A DNA stretch of 64,000 bases from contig CAVWIH010000020.1 of the NCBI GenBank assembly GCA_963755025.1, positions 100,699-164,698 of the forward strand, in the 5' to 3' direction. A program made the position numbers and the translations under genes. The stretch comes from an uncultured Actinomycetes bacterium (lineage in GTDB: Bacteria > Actinomycetota > Thermoleophilia > UBA2241). Below the pieces are notes generated by a model that saw only the letters and a program-made list of their open reading frames with translations, was not told the DNA's origin and searched no databases. Shown piece after piece: positions 39,332 to 48,100 of the stretch (positions are counted from its first letter, which is position 1; every line of letters begins with the position of its first letter).

Positions 39332-40663
39332 ATGACCGGTAGCCCAGACAGCGAAGGCACGGTGAAAGGCGTGACGAGCGCCACCACGGGCCGCCGCGTA
39401 CGCGTGGCCTTCTTCGGCGTGGTCTTCGCCCTGATCGCGCTCTTTGTCTGGCACTCCTGGCTGCCGGGGACGCAGAAGTACTTCAACTACGAGACGCGCA
39501 GTCACGGAGCCAACTGGGACTTTCGCGTCTACTACGCCGCTGGCCACAACTGGGCTCTCGGGCTCGACCCCTACGGCAGCGAGCAGCAGACCCCGACGAT
39601 CGTGACGGCGGAGCAACCGATCCGCTTCGTCCATCAGGCCACCATCCGCTTCATCTACCTGCCGACCCTGCTTCCGGCCTACCGCTGGCTCGCACACCTG
39701 CCGTATCACACCGCGCGCCGCGTCTGGCTCTACCTCAACTTCGCGGTGCTCGCGGCGGCCGGCGCCGTCGCGGTAGCCCTGGAGCGCGGGCGGCGGCTCG
39801 AGGTCTCCGCGACGCTCCTGGTGCTCGGGGTCGTGTCGTCCCCGTTGCTCTACCACATCCGCGAGGGCAACATCGACATGATCGTCGCCGGGCTGGCGAC
39901 TTGCGGGTTTCTGCTCTACGGCCGCTACCGCTCCTGGCCGTCGGCGGTGCTGCTGGCGCTGGCCGTGGTGGCCAAGGTCACGCCGCTGCTGGTCGTCGCC
40001 GCGCTGGTCGTCTACTACCGCGACCTGCGCTTTCTGGCGAAGGCTCTGGCAGCCGTCGGGGCGCTGATCGGCCTCTCGCTGCTTGCCGTGCCGCTGCGCT
40101 ACTACAGCGAGGCGGCGCAGGTGTTGTTCGTGCGGTCGCGGAGCATGAGCGGCTATGTGAACCAGTCGGCCATGCGCCTGCTCTACAACGTACCGTGGGG
40201 AGCCCGGATCGTGGGCGCGGCGGCCTTCGCCGGTCTGCTCGTGCTGTTGTACGTCCTGGGTCGCCGGCGGGGCGCCGACACGAGTCGCGCGGTGGCGGCG
40301 GGCGGGGCGCCCGACGTGCGGGTGTTCGCTCTCACCGTGTTCGTCATGCTGCTCTTCACGCCGATCGCCTGGGTCTGGACCTACGTCTGGGTGTTGGTGC
40401 CGGGAGCCATGCTGCTGACGGGCCGCCAGCGCCTGCACGGTGTCGTCGCCACAGGGCTCCTCGGCGCCGCGCTGGTGCTCATGAGCTTGCCGATCACCCG
40501 TCGTCCCTGGCACGACTCGCTGACCATGATGGGCGGCGGCGTGGCGCTGCTCTGCCTGTTGCTCTGCTGCCTGGGGCTCATCGGCAACGACGCGACCCTC
40601 GCGGCGCCGGGCACGGTAGTGGCCCTCGATCCCGCTCGAGACTCACGGCGAGCTGCCGCCTGA
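39332..40663 (+). CDS. GT87/DUF2029-like GT-C glycosyltransferase
   Basis: DFRVYYAAG, DPY, FIYLP, REGNID, AKVTP, NQSA, TPIAWVW; multi-TM. Confidence 0.82.
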   Translation: MTGSPDSEGTVKGVTSATTGRRVRVAFFGVVFALIALFVWHSWLPGTQKYFNYETRSHGANWDFRVYYAAGHNWALGLDPYGSEQQTPTIVTAEQPIRFVHQATIRFIYLPTLLPAYRWLAHLPYHTARRVWLYLNFAVLAAAGAVAVALERGRRLEVSATLLVLGVVSSPLLYHIREGNIDMIVAGLATCGFLLYGRYRSWPSAVLLALAVVAKVTPLLVVAALVVYYRDLRFLAKALAAVGALIGLSLLAVPLRYYSEAAQVLFVRSRSMSGYVNQSAMRLLYNVPWGARIVGAAAFAGLLVLLYVLGRRRGADTSRAVAAGGAPDVRVFALTVFVMLLFTPIAWVWTYVWVLVPGAMLLTGRQRLHGVVATGLLGAALVLMSLPITRRPWHDSLTMMGGGVALLCLLLCCLGLIGNDATLAAPGTVVALDPARDSRRAAA

Positions 40664-40740
40664 GTCCTGTCACGAGTGCGGCTGATCCGAGGGACCGCTG
40701 CGCACGGTCGAGGTCGACCTGGCAGATGACGAAGCGAGCG

Positions 40741-42312
40741 ATGCAAGGCGACGAACAGCTGCGCGGGCGGCACGGACGATCCCACGTCCTGCTGGCCCTC
40801 GCGATCCTCGCGCTGACCGTTACAGCGGCGGCGTGCGGCAAGCCCGCGGGTCACGCGACGACGAAGGTGAGCGAGTCGGCTACGGCGAGCGCCAGCCCCG
40901 CCGCCGCCGGGACGGCGCCCGTTCCGTCGGGCGACTGGCTGCGCTTCGACTACGACGCGCAGCGCAGCGGCGTTTACCCGTCTCCCACAGGGATCGACCG
41001 CAGCGATCTGGGGCAGCTCAGGCGGCGTGTGGTCCGTCTCTCAGGCGTCGTCGACTCTTCAGCGGTCGAGCTTCACGCGGTACGGGCCGGTGGCCGCGTG
41101 CGCGACCTGATCTTCCTCACGACGACCTACGGAGAGACGATCGCGATCGACCCCGCCACCGGCGCCACCGTGTGGCGCTACGTACCGCCGGACATCGCCA
41201 CCTACCAGGGCGGCAAGCAGATCACGACCGCCACGCCGATCGTCGACCCTGGTCGCGCCTACCTGTATGCCGCCTCTCCCGACGGCTTCATCCACAAGCT
41301 CTCCGTAGCTACGGGATCCGAGGTGCACTCGGGCGGCTGGCCGGCGCGCGTGACCCTCGATCCGACCCACGAGAAGATCGCCGGGGCGCTGAACCTGAGC
41401 GGCGGCTCTGTGGTGGTCGTCACCGGCGGCTACATCGGCGACGCTCCGCCTTACCAGGGGCACGTGGTGATGATCGACCGCGCCACGGGGCGCATCACCC
41501 GCGTCTGGAACTCGCTGAGCTCGAACCGTCAGGGCCTGATCAGGCCGAGTTCGTCGCCGGCGAGCGACTCGGCGATCTGGGCGCGGTCGGGGGCGGTGAT
41601 CGAACCCGGCAGCGGCCGCATTCTGGTGGCGACCGGCAACGGTCCGTTCAACGGCGCGACCGACTGGGGCGACAGCGTGCTCGAGCTCTCGCCGAACGCC
41701 TCCCGGCTGCTGCACAACTGGACCCCTCGCGATCAGGCGCAGTTGAACGCCACCGACACCGATCTCGGCAGCACCGGCCCGGCCCTCGTGTCGGTGGCCG
41801 GCTATCGGCTGGCGGTTCAGGGTGGCAAGGACGGCCAGCTCCATCTGCTGAACCTGGACGCGCTGAACGGGACGCGGGGCGGGGCGGGCAGCCGGCTGGG
41901 TGGAGAGCTCCAGGACGTGCGCGCGCCCGGCGGCGCGCAGGTGCTTACGGCCCCGGCGGTGTGGCGGCACGGCGGTCGGGTCTACGTGTTCGTGGCCGAC
42001 GGTTCGGGCACGGCGGCCTACGCGGTGCGAGTCGCTGGCACGCCGCGGCTGGCGACCGCCTGGCAGAACGGCTCTGCCGGCACCAGCCCAGTGGTCGCCG
42101 GTGGCCTGCTGTACGTGTACGACGAGCTGGACGGGAAGCTCAACGTTTACGATCCCACCGGCGGGCGGCTGCTGCGCTCGCTGCCCGCGGCCACCGGGCA
42201 TTGGAGCAGCCCGATCGTGGTCGGCGGGCGGATCATTCTGCCGACCGGTGGCAGCCCCGCCAACAACGCCTCCGGCAGCAGCCTGTTCATCTACCACCTG
42301 CCCGGGCGCTGA
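40741..42312 (+). CDS. PQQ-like beta-propeller lipoprotein
   Basis: Lipobox AAAC, S/T/A/P-rich linker, DWLRFDYD, IWARSG, ATGNG, DTDLGSTGP, GGKDG. Confidence 0.8.
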   Translation: MQGDEQLRGRHGRSHVLLALAILALTVTAAACGKPAGHATTKVSESATASASPAAAGTAPVPSGDWLRFDYDAQRSGVYPSPTGIDRSDLGQLRRRVVRLSGVVDSSAVELHAVRAGGRVRDLIFLTTTYGETIAIDPATGATVWRYVPPDIATYQGGKQITTATPIVDPGRAYLYAASPDGFIHKLSVATGSEVHSGGWPARVTLDPTHEKIAGALNLSGGSVVVVTGGYIGDAPPYQGHVVMIDRATGRITRVWNSLSSNRQGLIRPSSSPASDSAIWARSGAVIEPGSGRILVATGNGPFNGATDWGDSVLELSPNASRLLHNWTPRDQAQLNATDTDLGSTGPALVSVAGYRLAVQGGKDGQLHLLNLDALNGTRGGAGSRLGGELQDVRAPGGAQVLTAPAVWRHGGRVYVFVADGSGTAAYAVRVAGTPRLATAWQNGSAGTSPVVAGGLLYVYDELDGKLNVYDPTGGRLLRSLPAATGHWSSPIVVGGRIILPTGGSPANNASGSSLFIYHLPGR

Positions 42313-42429
42313 CTGCGTGAACGCCCCTCGCCTCCGTGAAGACGCTCATTCTCTGATCGCCTCCACCCGGGGAGGTCAGGCGGGCAGTCGAGGCTGCTGC
42401 ACGCGCCCCGCACGTGGCTAGCCGGCCGC

Positions 42430-43044
42430 TCAGCCCACGCGATGTCGCAGGCGAAGCGTGACCGCCCAGACGATCGCAGCGACGATCGCCACGATCACGG
42501 CGTAGTCGAGCCACTTGAAGTTCTGCTCGATCGCGTGCCAGTTCGCGCCGACTCGAACACCCAGCCAGGCAAGGAAAGCGACAAACGGCACGCTGCCGAG
42601 GGCCGTGTAGAGCGTGAACCTCCAGAACGGCATCTTGGCCACACCGGCCGGCAATGAGACGAAGCTGCGCACGACGGGCAGCATGCGACACAACAAGACG
42701 GTGATCGGACCGTAACGGGCAAACCAGCGCTCGGTGAGCTCGACGTGTTCGTGTCGCAGGAGGACGTACTTGCCGTAGCGATCGATGAAGGGCCGTCCTC
42801 CATAGAGCCCGATGTAGTAGACGAGCCAGGCACCGACCACGTTGCCGGCGACACCCACGCCGATGGCCGCCGCCAGTCCCAGCTTGCCTTGGCTCACGGC
42901 GAACCCGGCGAACATCATGGTCGCCTCGGCGGGTATGGGGATGCAGGCGCTCTCCAGCACCATGAGCACAAAGATCCCCGGCAGACCGAACACGGCGATC
43001 AGGTGGGTGCACCAGGTGACGAGGTCGTTGACGATGCCCTGCAT
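42430..43044 (-). CDS. dedA: DedA family membrane protein
   Basis: LMVLESACIPIPAE, GGRPFIDRYGKY, RMLPVVRSFVSLPAG. Confidence 0.92.
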   Translation of the reverse strand: MQGIVNDLVTWCTHLIAVFGLPGIFVLMVLESACIPIPAEATMMFAGFAVSQGKLGLAAAIGVGVAGNVVGAWLVYYIGLYGGRPFIDRYGKYVLLRHEHVELTERWFARYGPITVLLCRMLPVVRSFVSLPAGVAKMPFWRFTLYTALGSVPFVAFLAWLGVRVGANWHAIEQNFKWLDYAVIVAIVAAIVWAVTLRLRHRVG

Positions 43045-43149
43045 GCAAGCAGCATACCCACGCGAGGCGAACCGCAATTTGGGCTCGGCTGCAGGACCTT
43101 CGATCCGCCGACCGAGCCGGGTCGAGTCGCCGCTGCCCGGCGCCGCCGA

Positions 43150-44823
43150 TCAGCCCCTCTCGCGGGGCGCACGCCCGGATGCCTGCCCGACGACGGACGG
43201 CACGGTCGAGCGATTCGCCTGGTACAAGACCGTGAAATAGCCGGCATTCGCGCGTCGGTAGGCGATGCCGTGCGACTTCAGGGAGCGTTCGAGGGCCGCC
43301 AGTGTCAACGACAGGTCCGGCAGCCAGGGATGAGCGCCAACGGCCGCATCGAGTGCGCCCAGGGCCGCTGGCCTGGGGAACACCCAGGCTTTATGCGGGC
43401 TTCGCGCGATGTCGTTGAGGTACGGAGGGTAGCGATCGACGCCCGGGTCGGCCGCGATGACGTGACCACCGGCGTCGAAGGTCAGGGCGTAGGCCACCCA
43501 ATAGCCCGCGTAGGCGCCTTGCACGTGCGCACGCTCCAGAGCGCTCACCAGGGGCCGCAGCCACTGATCGGGATCGGCCTGCCAGCTGCTCCAGGCCGGT
43601 CGAGCGCCACCGCTACCTCCGCCGGGAGCGTAGGGGGCAAGGCGGACCGCCGCACCTGCGGTCAAGGCGAGGGCCGCCGCCAGACCGAGGGCCGGCACAG
43701 CACGCGCGACTCGCGACGATCGTGAGGCGATCGCGCTCAGAGCCGAGGCGACAAGCAGGGCAAGCACGGGAGCAAGGTAGATCGCGTAGCGCCCATCCCG
43801 CCAATACGAGGAGAAGGGCGAGTATGAGTAGGCAAAGGGAAACAGCGTCACGAAGACGATGAGCGATCCGGCGCGGTGTTTCAGGGCCAGGCGGGCGACC
43901 CAGACCGCGAGCAGCACGGCGAGCGAGATGGAGAGCGTCGCGCCGAGCGCGGGCCCGACCAGCCAGCTACCGCTGCTGCGCAGCCTGACCCCAAAGACCA
44001 GCGGCGCGACGTGCTCGACGAAGATCGCCAGGCGACCGGTCCAGGGCGTACCGTGCGATGGCGGCACGGGCTGCAGCGACGGATAGCCGTGTCCCACGTT
44101 TGCCGCCAACCACGGCAGGGCGCCAAGTGCCGCCATGGCGACACCCAGGGCCAAGCCGCCGAGACGTATCCGCACCACGCCGCCACTGATCGTGTCGTAG
44201 GCCAGCCACAGCAGGACGGGGATCGCGTAGTAGACGATCTCCGGCGAGCACCACCAGCCGACCCCGAGCGACAGCCCCAGCCCGGCCCAGTCGACGAGTC
44301 GCGTCGGGCGCGTCTGGGTCAGGCGCGCCGCGAAGAGCAGGGCGGCCAGGCCACAGACGAGGGTCAGCAAGCGAAAGCCGTACTCGACTGACGAGAGGTA
44401 GAGATAGACCTCGGGCCAGATCCAGAAGATGAGGGCCGCGAGCACGGCGGCGCGCGGGTCGAAGAGGCGCCGGCCGATCCGCCAGACGAGCAGGGCGGCG
44501 AGCCCGTCGAGCAGGACCGGGGTCAGCCCGAGTGTCAGACGCGACTGGCCAAAGAGCGCGAACAGCACGGCAACGACGTAGGGCTCCCCGCCGCCGTAGT
44601 GCTGGCCCCAGTAGAAGACGAAGAAGTGGCCGTGGAGGATCTCGCCCGCCATCAGTCCAACGACTGCCTGGTCTGAGTTGATCGGAGTGCGACCCAGGGC
44701 CCAGATGCGCAGGAACAGACCAAGCGCGATCGTGAGACCGATCGCGAACCGTACCGGGCGGCCGTGGGCCATCGACGGCGCGGCAACGGCGGGCGACGAC
44801 ACCGGGCTCTCGCTCACTTCCAC
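43150..44823 (-). CDS. GT-C (GT39/ArnT/PMT-like) glycosyltransferase
   Basis: INSDQAVVGLMA...FYWGQHYGG.EPY loop after TM1, many TMs, RYAIYLAP, C-terminal YAGYWVAY. Confidence 0.72.
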   Translation of the reverse strand: MEVSESPVSSPAVAAPSMAHGRPVRFAIGLTIALGLFLRIWALGRTPINSDQAVVGLMAGEILHGHFFVFYWGQHYGGGEPYVVAVLFALFGQSRLTLGLTPVLLDGLAALLVWRIGRRLFDPRAAVLAALIFWIWPEVYLYLSSVEYGFRLLTLVCGLAALLFAARLTQTRPTRLVDWAGLGLSLGVGWWCSPEIVYYAIPVLLWLAYDTISGGVVRIRLGGLALGVAMAALGALPWLAANVGHGYPSLQPVPPSHGTPWTGRLAIFVEHVAPLVFGVRLRSSGSWLVGPALGATLSISLAVLLAVWVARLALKHRAGSLIVFVTLFPFAYSYSPFSSYWRDGRYAIYLAPVLALLVASALSAIASRSSRVARAVPALGLAAALALTAGAAVRLAPYAPGGGSGGARPAWSSWQADPDQWLRPLVSALERAHVQGAYAGYWVAYALTFDAGGHVIAADPGVDRYPPYLNDIARSPHKAWVFPRPAALGALDAAVGAHPWLPDLSLTLAALERSLKSHGIAYRRANAGYFTVLYQANRSTVPSVVGQASGRAPRERG

Positions 44824-45108
44824 GGCATTCTTTGAGATCTCCGGGACAGCCTGCTGGCGTTGGCCGCCGTCGGTGTACCCGTCTTGCGCGAGCCTAAGCG
44901 CGTGGCATGACCTTGCCCACTGCGGGTGTGCTCAGGGGCCGGCCCCGATGATCGCGGCGGCCATGGTCGCGGCGTCGGTGTAGCTAAGGAGCGACGTGGA
45001 GGCCGAGCGGCAGTTGACGAACGGAAGGCGTTCCGGCAGGAGGCCTCGGGGTCACGTCAGGCGGGGCGACCGGAATCGAGAGCGCCGAGAACATGTTCGG
45101 ACTGATCT

Positions 45109-45201
45109 TGGCGGAGAGGGAGGGATTCGAACCCTCGATGCGCCTCGCGACGCATAACGGTTTTCGAGACCGCCGCTTTCAGCCATCTCAGCCACCTCTC
45201 C
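45109..45201 (-). tRNA. tRNA-Ser(CGA)
   Basis: GGAGAGGTGGCTGAG...GCGGT-CTCGAAA-ACCGT, long variable arm, GGTTCGAATCC, CCA end. Confidence 0.96.
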
Positions 45202-45238
45202 GCGATAAAGCACTCAGCCGAACGTGTGACACGAGGTG

Positions 45239-45335
<97 letters not shown>

Positions 45336-45422
45336 GTGCACGCGTCTCGCGTTTCGGCAGGCGACAGTATACCGCAGGGCTCGCGCCCGCGGCGCCGGCG
45401 CAGGGCGCCGCGCCGGCGGCCC

Positions 45423-45887
45423 TCAGCGCCGTCGCCGAAAGAACTCCTGGAGCAGCTCGATCGACTCGCTTTCGAGCACGCCGCCGACCACCTCGACCGA
45501 GTGGTTCAGGCGCGGGTCGCGCACGATGTCGAACAGGGTGCCGGTGGCTCCCGCCTTTTCGTCGGGCGCTCCGTAGACGAGCCGTGGGATGCGCGCCAGC
45601 ACGATGGCGCCGGCGCACATGGGGCAGGGTTCGATCGTGGCGTAGAGCACGGTGTCGAGCAGGCGCCAGTGGCCGATATGCCGGGCGGCCTGCTCGATGG
45701 CGAGGATCTCGGCGTGCGCCGTGGGGCTCTGACGCAGCTCGCGCTCGTTGCCCGCCGAGCCGATGACCTCGCCCTGAAAGGTGACGACGGCGCCGATCGG
45801 CACGTCGCCGGCCTCGCCCGCGCGGGCGGCCTCGCGCAGCGCGAAGCGCATGAAGTACTCGTCGAGTGGAAAGTGGTGCTCGCTCAC
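45423..45887 (-). CDS. tadA: tRNA adenosine(34) deaminase
   Basis: DVPIGAV, PTAHAEI, LYATIEPCPMCAGAI, DEKAGA. Confidence 0.96.
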   Translation of the reverse strand: MSEHHFPLDEYFMRFALREAARAGEAGDVPIGAVVTFQGEVIGSAGNERELRQSPTAHAEILAIEQAARHIGHWRLLDTVLYATIEPCPMCAGAIVLARIPRLVYGAPDEKAGATGTLFDIVRDPRLNHSVEVVGGVLESESIELLQEFFRRRR

Positions 45888-46082
45888 GGTCCTGATGATG
45901 CCCTCGGGGCTACTGAGGATATCAGAGGCGCGTCTTGACGGCCCGGCGCTCCTCCGCGCCGCGGCGGCGTCGAGGCTCACGTGCGCGGGCGCCGCGGCCG
46001 ATACCTGCAGGCAGACCGCGCACGCGGTGTTCGTCGTTCGAGGAGGTCTGCCGTCGTGGAACAGAGGACGTGGCCGGCGTGG

Positions 46083-46622
46083 ATGGCGGGCCTCAGGCGG
46101 CCGCGGCGCGCGTTTACGCGCACCGACTGGATAGGCGACGGGGCCGTGATGGTCGTGCTGGGCCTGGCCGTCGTGGCCTCGGTGTTCCTGCCCTGGGCCA
46201 ACGTCTCGACCGGGCACGACGTGAACCTCAGCCTGCGGGCCGCCGACGGCGTGAACGGCGCCCTCGCCACGCCGTGGGGGCTGCCGGTGCTCGCCTTGGG
46301 GATCGTGGTCGTGGTCGTCGGCCTCATCACGATCGCGCTGCGCCCCATCAGACTCTCGATCCTGCCTTGCCTGGCCGTGGCGGTCGCCGGCCTGGCGATC
46401 ACCATGGTCTGTTTCTCGGCCGCCTGGCATGTTTGGGACCCGCTGCGACCGGGCCTCGGCCTGTACGCCGACACGCTGGGCGGCATCCTGCTCATACCCA
46501 CGGGCCTCGCGGCCGCCATGGTGGCCGGCATCCTGAGCTCGCCGGCGACCATGGCGCGCGTGCGGGCCCAGGCGCGCTCCGACCAGGCTCGCGACGCCCG
46601 CAGAGGCGAGCCGCAGTACTGA
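46083..46622 (+). CDS. Hypothetical four-TM membrane protein
   Basis: SVFLPWA and GLGLY motifs, hydrophobic helices, host-like codon usage. Confidence 0.65.
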   Translation: MAGLRRPRRAFTRTDWIGDGAVMVVLGLAVVASVFLPWANVSTGHDVNLSLRAADGVNGALATPWGLPVLALGIVVVVVGLITIALRPIRLSILPCLAVAVAGLAITMVCFSAAWHVWDPLRPGLGLYADTLGGILLIPTGLAAAMVAGILSSPATMARVRAQARSDQARDARRGEPQY

Positions 46623-46716
46623 GGCCGGTCGCGGCTCGGCCGCTCCTCCGCGGTGAGGCCGAGCCGCGGCTGATGGGTCGCGCTCGGTCCGCTCGCGGCC
46701 CGGCTCGGCCCCTACG

Positions 46717-47466
46717 TCACGCCTGGCTCGCGAGCCGGTCGCTCAGCAGTTCGCGGGCGCCGGCGACGGTGTAGCCGCCGTGGTAGCCCACAAAGCCGTC
46801 GAACCCGAGGGCGGCCACGCGCCGCGCCGAGGCCAGCGCCAGGTCGTTGTCGGCCGACATGGTCGCCGGAGACAGGTCGATGACGCCGTCGATCAGGCGC
46901 AGCAGGTCGCCGGCGATCAGCAGCGAGGCGGCCGGCAGGTAGAGGCACAGGTGTCCGGGGGTGTGGCCCGGGCTGTGCACGATGCGCACGCCGCCCAGCA
47001 CGTTCAGCTCTTCGCCGCCGACCAGGCGCAGGTCGACCGTCGCCGGCGCGATGTGCGCCATCTGCTCGAGGCGGTCGGCGGCCGCGGCGCGCCGCTCTTC
47101 GGGCAGCGAGGCGAGCATGGCCGTCACGCGCTCGGGGGGAATGCCCGCGCGCGGCTCGTGGCCCTCGATCACGGCGGTGTCGTCGCGGTGGGCCCAGACC
47201 TCGGCGCCGCTCGCCGCGACGACCTCGGGCAGGCCGCCCACGTGGTCGACGTGATGGTGGGTGACGATGACGCGCTGCACGGCGTGGGCGGACAGGCCGA
47301 TCGTCTCGAGATAGGCGAAGACGCCGGCGGCGCTGCCGGGCAGGCCGGCGTCGATCATGGTGACTCGGCCGTGCTCGACCAGCAGGCAGAGGTTGAGGGC
47401 GCCGCCGGGGCCGGCCGCCCCCTGCGCGTCGGCCACCACGTGCACGCCCGGGACTATCTCGGTCAT
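46717..47466 (-). CDS. Metallo-beta-lactamase-fold hydrolase
   Basis: IDAG, THHHVDHVGG, SPGHTPGH, AGD; AAAGGAG RBS. Confidence 0.92.
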   Translation of the reverse strand: MTEIVPGVHVVADAQGAAGPGGALNLCLLVEHGRVTMIDAGLPGSAAGVFAYLETIGLSAHAVQRVIVTHHHVDHVGGLPEVVAASGAEVWAHRDDTAVIEGHEPRAGIPPERVTAMLASLPEERRAAAADRLEQMAHIAPATVDLRLVGGEELNVLGGVRIVHSPGHTPGHLCLYLPAASLLIAGDLLRLIDGVIDLSPATMSADNDLALASARRVAALGFDGFVGYHGGYTVAGARELLSDRLASQA

Positions 47467-47487
47467 GGACTACTCCTTTCGTAACCT

Positions 47488-47517
47488 CAATCTACTTTGT
47501 ATCACCAATTAGATTGG
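47488..47517. promoter_or_regulatory. Probable MarR operator in an AT-rich divergent promoter
   Basis: CCAAT-TAG-ATTGG palindrome and CAATCTA...TAGATTG inverted repeat between the divergent MBL and marR genes. Confidence 0.55.
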
Positions 47518-47572
47518 AGTTATAGATGGATATTGCTACACTACGGGTACAAAACGCCAAGGTAAGGATTCG

Positions 47573-48100
47573 ATGAGCGGCAGCAAGGCAAGCGAGAGCA
47601 CCACGACCGGCCCAGAGACCACGGCGCGCGAGCTGCGCAGCGAAGACGTGGTCGACGACCTGTGGACCGTCTATGCGAGCCTGCACACGCTCAACCTGCC
47701 GACCTGGTTGCGGCTCGACCTGACCATGGCGCAGTTCAAGGCCCTCATGGCGGTCGAGCGTAGTCAGGGCATCTCGGTCTGCGAGCTCGGCCGCGAGCTG
47801 GGTATCGGCGAATCTGCCGCCAGCCTGCTCGTCGAGCAGCTGGTGCGGCGCGACTACGTCGGCCGCACCTCCGACCCGGCCGACCGCCGGCGCGTGCTGC
47901 TCGGCGCCACCGCTCAGGGCGAGGCGCTGCTGCGCGAGCTGCGCCACGGCCGCCGTCAGGTCCTCAAAGAGTGGCTTGCCGGCCTGGCCGACGACGACCT
48001 CGACGCCCTTTCGAACGGACTGCGCGCCCTTACCCGGGCGCTGGGTCCCGACGCACCCCCAGCCGCATGCGACGCAACCACGGAGAGTCACACGACATGA
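47573..48100 (+). CDS. MarR family transcriptional regulator
   Basis: LTMAQFKAL, ELGRELGIGESAASLLVEQLV, DPADRRRVLL. Confidence 0.92.
   Translation: MSGSKASESTTTGPETTARELRSEDVVDDLWTVYASLHTLNLPTWLRLDLTMAQFKALMAVERSQGISVCELGRELGIGESAASLLVEQLVRRDYVGRTSDPADRRRVLLGATAQGEALLRELRHGRRQVLKEWLAGLADDDLDALSNGLRALTRALGPDAPPAACDATTESHTT

Noticed and set aside
45087-45100. LexA box near tRNA-Ser(CGA)
   Set aside because: GAAC-AT-GTTC has a 2-nt spacer instead of 4.
33049-45108. Active integrative element or prophage at tRNA-Ser
   Set aside because: No integrase, phage genes or duplicated tRNA-Ser 3' end found.
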